NCBI GenBank assembly: GCA_026391075.1
Contig: JAPLES010000023.1
Span: forward strand, 53,574 to 117,573
Direction: 5' to 3'
Source of the DNA: Bacteroidota bacterium
GTDB taxonomy: Bacteria; Bacteroidota; Bacteroidia; Chitinophagales; LD1
Length of the DNA stretch: 64,000 bases
Each line of letters starts with the position of its first letter. Positions within the stretch are counted from its first letter, which is position 1. The translations under genes and the position numbers were made by a program. Under the pieces are notes generated by a model that was not told the DNA's origin, made no database searches, and was given only the letters and a program-made list of their open reading frames with translations. Of this stretch, positions 58,511 to 64,000 are shown one piece after another.

Positions 58511-59848
58511 ATGGCACAGCTAAAAGCAACATACAAGCAAATACTCACCATCTCTTTGCCGCTTATACTCGGCAACACAGCATGGACGAGCAACGGTGTG
58601 TTCGATACAATTTTCGTGGGCAACCTCGGTAAAATTGAATTAGATGCCATCGGCTTTGCCTCAATTTTTTACTCCGTTTTGTTTATGATGGGCTTCAGTT
58701 TTACACGCGGCACACAAATGCTTATTGCGCGCAGAATGGGCGAACTCAACAAACACGAAGTAGGAAATATTGTGGACACCACCATCGTGGCAATGCTTTC
58801 TGTTGCGGTGTTGTTTTTTGTGCTGCTCAAAATTTACACGCACCAGATTTTGAGTTTCATGCTCACCAATCAGGATATTATTTCAAAGAGTGAAGAGTTT
58901 TTGGATTACCGCTTGTGGGGTTTGCTGCCTAGTTTTGTAAGTTTTGTTTTCATTGCGTTTTACTCGGGCATTGGGCGCACACCCATTCTTGCTGCATCGG
59001 TTGGGGTAATGACTTTTTTCAACGTGTTTCTGAATTACGGTTTGGTATATGGTAAATTCGGATTGCCTTGCATAGGTATTGGTGGCTCGGGTCTTGCTAC
59101 TTCTATTTCCGAGACCTTGGCAGTGCTGGTTTTATTTCTCGGCACTTTCTATAAGCATCGTATACACGATTTTTACTTATTCCGTTTTAAAAAATTCGAT
59201 TTGCCGCTCATGAAACAAATGAGCAACATGGCAATTCCGCTCATGATTCAATCAGGTGTAGCAGTAGGTTCATGGTTGTTTTTCTTTGCGCGTATTGAAA
59301 CAGTTTTAGGAAAAGACTCGCTCGCTATTTCCTCTATCTTCCGTCAGTTGATTTTGTTCTTCACCATTCCTACCTGGAGTTTGGGCTCTACTGCCAATAC
59401 GCTTATCAGTAATATGGTTGGGCAAAAAGACTATAGCGGAATTAAAACAGCAGTGCGCAGAATTTCATTGGTGAGTTTGTTCTTTGCGGTTATTTCCTGT
59501 TTAATCATTTTGGTTTTTCCAAGATTCTGTATAGGCATTTTTACCAGCCCGCAAGATTATGCGCTTATACCAATGGCTACCGAAATTCTTCCGGTAATTT
59601 TTGTGGTGTTCATCTTAATGGCGTTTGCAAATATTTTGTTCAATGGTGTAATCAGTCTTGGTGATATTTATATCGCGCTCGGAATTCAGGTGGTGGTAGT
59701 GATTGTTTACATCGTGTACTTTCAGGTCATGTTTGCCATGCCATTTGTAAGCACGTTCTGGATTTGGACAGCCGAATGGGTTTACTGGCTCACCAATTTA
59801 GTGGCGTGTTTGGTCTTCTTTAAATACAAACACCTCAAAGTAGTTTAA
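58511..59848 (+). CDS. MATE family efflux transporter
   Basis: DTIFVGNLG, NVFLNYGLVYGKFG, GSGLATSISE; about 12 TMs. Confidence 0.92.
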   Translation: MAQLKATYKQILTISLPLILGNTAWTSNGVFDTIFVGNLGKIELDAIGFASIFYSVLFMMGFSFTRGTQMLIARRMGELNKHEVGNIVDTTIVAMLSVAVLFFVLLKIYTHQILSFMLTNQDIISKSEEFLDYRLWGLLPSFVSFVFIAFYSGIGRTPILAASVGVMTFFNVFLNYGLVYGKFGLPCIGIGGSGLATSISETLAVLVLFLGTFYKHRIHDFYLFRFKKFDLPLMKQMSNMAIPLMIQSGVAVGSWLFFFARIETVLGKDSLAISSIFRQLILFFTIPTWSLGSTANTLISNMVGQKDYSGIKTAVRRISLVSLFFAVISCLIILVFPRFCIGIFTSPQDYALIPMATEILPVIFVVFILMAFANILFNGVISLGDIYIALGIQVVVVIVYIVYFQVMFAMPFVSTFWIWTAEWVYWLTNLVACLVFFKYKHLKVV

Positions 59849-59851
59849 AGG

Positions 59852-59942
59852 AAAGTACAAATTGAAAAGTATAAAGTATAAAGTGTTGGTAATCGACTAC
59901 TTGATTATCGGTTTGTACTTTCTAATTTGTACTTCGTAATTT
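59852..59942. repeat. inverted heptamer arrays
   Basis: AAAGTAC AAATTGA AAAGTAT AAAGTAT AAAGT ... TTTGTAC TTTCTAA TTTGTAC TTCGTAA TTT. Confidence 0.7.
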
Positions 59943-59947
59943 AAAAG

Positions 59948-60649
59948 ATGGAAGAAAACGTAATCAGCTATTCTAACGTAAATATTTATCAGGGCAATTC
60001 GCTTGTGCTAAGTGATGTGAACTTTGAAATGAAGCAAGGCGAATTCATTTATCTCATTGGCAAAACCGGTGCAGGCAAAAGCAGTTTTATAAAAACGCTG
60101 TATGCCGAAGTTCCTATAAAAGAAGGCGAAGCGAATGTTTGCGGTTACAATTTAAAGCAGTTGAAGAAAAGTGAAATTCCTTTTCTGCGCAGAAAACTCG
60201 GCATTGTATTTCAGGATTTTCAATTGCTGAACGATAGAACTGTACACTCCAATCTTGATTTTGTTTTGAAGGCAACAGGCTGGGAGCACAACGAAAAACG
60301 CGAAGAGCGAATTGCCGAAGTGTTGAATGAAGTGGGGCTTTCGCATCTCATCGCTAAAATGCCCTACCAAATTTCAGGTGGAGAACAACAGCGTTTAGTT
60401 ATTGCGCGCGCACTCCTAAATAATCCACCACTTTTAATTGCCGATGAACCAACAGGAAACCTCGACCCTGAAACTTCAGATGATATTATTAAGCTGCTTA
60501 TCAAAATAAATCGCGAACACAACACGAGTGTATTGATGGCTACCCACAATTACCAATTGATAGATAAGTATCCTTCTAAGATTTACAGTTTCTCCAACAA
60601 CTCTGTCAATTTAGAAAAAGGGATTTATGTAAAAGGATTTGGGGATTAG
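59948..60649 (+). CDS. ftsE: cell-division ABC ATPase FtsE-like
   Basis: GKTGAGKS, FLRRKLGIVFQDFQLL, SGGEQQR, ADEPTGNLDP. Confidence 0.85.
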   Translation: MEENVISYSNVNIYQGNSLVLSDVNFEMKQGEFIYLIGKTGAGKSSFIKTLYAEVPIKEGEANVCGYNLKQLKKSEIPFLRRKLGIVFQDFQLLNDRTVHSNLDFVLKATGWEHNEKREERIAEVLNEVGLSHLIAKMPYQISGGEQQRLVIARALLNNPPLLIADEPTGNLDPETSDDIIKLLIKINREHNTSVLMATHNYQLIDKYPSKIYSFSNNSVNLEKGIYVKGFGD

Positions 60650-62040
60650 AATTTCCTCACCGTAAAATGGAAAGTGGTTCCTTTTCCATCTTCACTTTCG
60701 AACCAAACTTCGCCATGGTAATACTCTACAATTTTTTTGCAGATAGCAAGGCCAATTCCGGTTCCGTCATATTCATGCTCGTTGTGCAAGCGCTTAAACA
60801 TTTGGAAAATAGTAGCAGAATATTCTTTTGAAATTCCTATTCCGTTATCGGAAACAGTAAACGTGTAAAAATTAAGTGAGTTGGTGCAACTGATATTTAT
60901 GGTTGGCACTTCGCTCTTATTAAATTTCAAACCGTTGCTGATTAAATTTTGAAACACGTGATACATCAATGATGAATGCACGTTGTTGACCACCGGCAAT
61001 TCCCTATTGATATTAATTTGCCCACCAGTTGCTGTCAATTTATCGCGCAGTTCAAATCGAATGGTATTAATTACATCATTCAAATTCACCGGTATGGGTT
61101 TGGGAAGATTAGTCCCAATTCTACAATAGGCCAACACATCATCAATCAAACGCTCCAATCTTTTTGCGCCCAAATGTGAGTAATCTACAAACTCCTTTGC
61201 TTCGGGGTGTAAGGTGCTGCCATACTTATTCAGCAGCAAATTCATAAAGCTTGAAATATTTCGTACGGGCGCTTTCAAATCGTGCGAAATAATGTAAGCG
61301 AATTGTTCCAAATCAGAATTGGAGCGTTTCAATTCAGAAGTTTGCAACATCATTTGTGCATTGGAAGATTCCAGTTCTTTCTCGGCCTTGCGATTGTAAA
61401 ACACAAACTGATAAACCGCCAGCAACATTAGCATGAACTGCAAAATAACGCCCATGCGGGCGAGCAAAATTTGGTCGTCTATTAAAAAATGATTTGCCGA
61501 AAAATAAGGCTCAACAAACTCATACGCGTAAATAAAAAGCAAAGGCAATACAACACCAATGGTAATGAAGCCTACCTTTTTGATATCGAAAAACAAAAAT
61601 GGAATTACTACCGAAATGATAAAATAATTTAAGCCCTGTGCATGTGGCCCTATATAAACTGCACTTACAAAAAGCGCAAAGTTCATGAGCACGATGAACA
61701 GAATGCGCGAGGCATCTATTTTGCCAAAAGCATTCATCACTAATAATACAATCGAGGATAAACTCAAACCTGAAATAATGCCGAACCATTCCCATTTTTC
61801 CCAAATAATACCGAAACTGAGATACAGCATTGAGCCGCCAAAATATATAAGCGCAATAAAATTAGAGATACGCACATGCTTGCGGTCGTTTATTTCGGTT
61901 ACCGCATCGGCCCCAAGATTGACCAATGAACGATAAATGGAAGTGAACGGATTGATTTCGTTGTTGTGAACTTTTTGTTCATACTCAACAGCCTTATCTG
62001 TTAGTGAAAACTCTGCGGTGTTGGAATATTCGTTAGCCAT
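60646..62040 (-). CDS. membrane sensor histidine kinase
   Basis: About six TMs, LEQFAYIISHDLKAP H-box, NLISNGLKF, DNGIG, GTGIGL; start set at MANEY. Confidence 0.92.
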   Translation of the reverse strand: MANEYSNTAEFSLTDKAVEYEQKVHNNEINPFTSIYRSLVNLGADAVTEINDRKHVRISNFIALIYFGGSMLYLSFGIIWEKWEWFGIISGLSLSSIVLLVMNAFGKIDASRILFIVLMNFALFVSAVYIGPHAQGLNYFIISVVIPFLFFDIKKVGFITIGVVLPLLFIYAYEFVEPYFSANHFLIDDQILLARMGVILQFMLMLLAVYQFVFYNRKAEKELESSNAQMMLQTSELKRSNSDLEQFAYIISHDLKAPVRNISSFMNLLLNKYGSTLHPEAKEFVDYSHLGAKRLERLIDDVLAYCRIGTNLPKPIPVNLNDVINTIRFELRDKLTATGGQININRELPVVNNVHSSLMYHVFQNLISNGLKFNKSEVPTINISCTNSLNFYTFTVSDNGIGISKEYSATIFQMFKRLHNEHEYDGTGIGLAICKKIVEYYHGEVWFESEDGKGTTFHFTVRKF

Positions 62041-62250
62041 TGTTTCGTGTTGAAATACAATTCCTGTTTTGTTTACACCAATACCGACCAAAAGTTACAT
62101 AAGACCACAACTATTTCGTTGAAAAGTAGCCAACCTTTTTTCCGGGCAAACCCTCCAACTCATTTTTAGCAAGTCTAAATAAGAGTAAAAATTGACATGC
62201 TTTTAACCTCACGTTAGTAAAGGAATAAGAAGTTAAAGTCCACTTCGTCA

Positions 62251-63231
62251 CTAGTTTTTCTTTTTCACAATTTTAGAATCAAAAATGCCACTTACATAGA
62301 TTGAATTTCGAAACGCTAAGGCTGTAGATGCTGCACTCACTTGCCTGCCATCATCAAAATATTCAACTGTTCTTTTTTTTGTAGACGGATTAATTCGGTA
62401 AACTGTAGAAGGCGATAATTGTTTGGGGTCTTTATAATGTTTCAAGAATTTAAGAAAGCGCAGATGACAAGCCACTAACAAATCATCGCCATCAAAACGA
62501 AGATTATCGGCACCGTTTGCTTTTACAATTACTTTACGATTCAACATTTTGCCATCTTTAAAATCAAATTGCCAAACTTTATTTTGCATGGTGCTAGCCA
62601 AATATACTTTGCCATCTTTATTGGTAATGCCATTGGTAAAGGCATATTTTTCAGAAGCTACGGAACAATTATTACCATTCCAAAAAATGATTTGCGCCTT
62701 ACGCATTTTAAAAAGTATTTCCCAAATATTGTTTTGTTTTTTAGCATCGTTGCTCACCAGCAAAGTGCCATCGGCAAATCCGGTTACAGCATTGGGCGAG
62801 GAAATTAACGGGTCGCTAATTTTATTTTGAAACACCAATTCATCTTTTAAAACACGATAACGCAAAATGGAATTGATTCGAGTTTCGCCAATATGCTCGT
62901 GATTGACGACTAGTAGAATTAAATTACCATTCACTTTTACCAAATCAATTCCGTGCGGATTAAACAGCAAACCGTTTGGCTCGTTAGTGCGCTTCAATAT
63001 TTTATTCGTTGCCGTTTCAGTGTAGTAAACAAAAATTTCTCCGTATTGCTTTTCACTTTTTCTTCGGGCACTGCACGACAACAACAGACGAGGTTGCTCA
63101 GTAATAGAATCTACAACCATATCCTCGGGTCCAATAGCAGTTGTAATTATTTCATCTTTTGTTTGAAACATTTTGGGAAGCGAAACGCAAGAAGACAACG
63201 CGAGAAAAAGAAAGGGGAAATATTTTTTCAT
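62251..63231 (-). CDS. paraoxonase/arylesterase-like six-bladed propeller lipoprotein
   Basis: GPED, FNPHGI, TNGI, ADNL, VACH, PSTVYRI, YFDDG match the PON motif series; lipobox LSSC. Confidence 0.8.
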   Translation of the reverse strand: MKKYFPFLFLALSSCVSLPKMFQTKDEIITTAIGPEDMVVDSITEQPRLLLSCSARRKSEKQYGEIFVYYTETATNKILKRTNEPNGLLFNPHGIDLVKVNGNLILLVVNHEHIGETRINSILRYRVLKDELVFQNKISDPLISSPNAVTGFADGTLLVSNDAKKQNNIWEILFKMRKAQIIFWNGNNCSVASEKYAFTNGITNKDGKVYLASTMQNKVWQFDFKDGKMLNRKVIVKANGADNLRFDGDDLLVACHLRFLKFLKHYKDPKQLSPSTVYRINPSTKKRTVEYFDDGRQVSAASTALAFRNSIYVSGIFDSKIVKKKN

Positions 63232-63309
63232 GTAAAATAATTAAGTGTGAATCTAAAATTGTTTCCAGATTCCATTGCGTATTTTTATGTTCGTAGAACA
63301 AATTCATCA

Positions 63310-64000
63310 ATGAAAAACCTACGTATTGTATTCAATTTGAAACCCGCTCCCGCGAAGAAACACATGATGAAACAAACCTGCAACCTGAAACTTTTCCTGT
63401 CTCTCGTCTATTGTCTATTAGCTATCATCTGCACTGCACAAATTATCCCCGCCAACATAACTATAGCACGCGATAGTTTTGGTGTGCCGCATATTTACGG
63501 ACACACCGATGCTGATGCCGCTTACGGTTTAGCGTACGCGCATTGCGAAGATGATTTCAAAGACATTCAACAAAATCTTTTAGCTGCAAAAGGTATGCTG
63601 GGCGAAGTGGTTGGAAAAGATGGTGTGCTCTTCGATTATGGTTTAAAATTTTTCGGCATTGATACGCTCGTAGATAACAACTACGACCAAAAACTTTCTG
63701 CCGATTTTAAAAAAGTGTTGGACGCTTACATACAAGGCGTAAACGATTATGCCGCTAAACATCCCGAAGAAGTGTTACTCAAAAAAGCATTGCCGTTTAC
63801 TTCCAAAGAAATTATAAAAAGCTCTACGCTCACGCTCACACTTTTTGCCGGTGCCGGTATGGCGTTGAAATCAATCAAAGAAAATCACATTGAGCTTTTG
63901 CATCAACCAAATGAAGTTGGTTCTAATTCTATGGCAATTGCTCCTTCGCGCACAAACGATGGTAAAGCGTGGTTGCTTATCAATTCGCATCAACCTATCG
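63310..64000 (+). CDS. penicillin/AHL acylase family Ntn hydrolase (5' part, runs off the window)
   Basis: Manual translation ...IARDSFGVPHIYG.TDADAAYGLAYAHCEDDF...VG-SNSMAIAPSRT.DGKAWLLINSHQP; start at 63310, 63364 or 63367. Confidence 0.9.
   Translation, partial: MKNLRIVFNLKPAPAKKHMMKQTCNLKLFLSLVYCLLAIICTAQIIPANITIARDSFGVPHIYGHTDADAAYGLAYAHCEDDFKDIQQNLLAAKGMLGEVVGKDGVLFDYGLKFFGIDTLVDNNYDQKLSADFKKVLDAYIQGVNDYAAKHPEEVLLKKALPFTSKEIIKSSTLTLTLFAGAGMALKSIKENHIELLHQPNEVGSNSMAIAPSRTNDGKAWLLINSHQPI
63348..63374 (+). repeat. 27-nt mini-element copy inside a heptamer array
   Basis: TCCCGCGAAGAAACACATGATGAAACA (25/27 identical to 58388-58414) between AACCCGC and AACCTGC AACCTGA. Confidence 0.75.

Noticed and set aside
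62041-62250. 210-nt intergenic region as an sRNA or riboswitch
   Set aside because: No convincing stem, terminator or known aptamer motif seen by eye

Overview
A 64-kb, roughly 40% GC chromosomal segment from a Bacteroidota bacterium. The assignment rests on T9SS C-terminal domains, TAnnTTTG promoter boxes, the separate atpD-atpC pair and the DUF3822-rsmD-coaD block. Most genes are housekeeping: miaA, cca, rpsT, sucAB, parE, cysE-cysK, prmA, ndh, pyrD, atpDC, sdaA, lipB, coaD, rsmD and ftsE. There is also a detached flexirubin/aryl-polyene-type tailoring block, several T9SS cargo proteins and two Ntn acylases. No rRNA, tRNA, CRISPR array or transposase was seen. The most interesting signals are absent from the ORF track. 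(1) A probably leaderless Cys-rich leader peptide (MIRLQNMRCCCSPYRGC) plus an intrinsic terminator upstream of cysE-cysK looks like a cysteine attenuator. (2) A 27-32 nt hairpin-plus-tail mini-element (TCCCG-N10-15-CGGGA-TGAAACA) occurs four times, each time nested inside another repeat. (3) Palindromes and heptamer arrays lie in frame inside conserved enzymes. (4) A Fur-box-like operon encodes a TonB receptor, a di-heme peroxidase and an unannotated 47-aa membrane peptide. (5) A TPR-adenylate cyclase is split exactly at an A_AAA_AAC slippery site. (6) Many genes have the -7 promoter box only 4-6 nt before the start codon, suggesting leaderless mRNAs. All product calls come from motif recognition by eye, not database searches.
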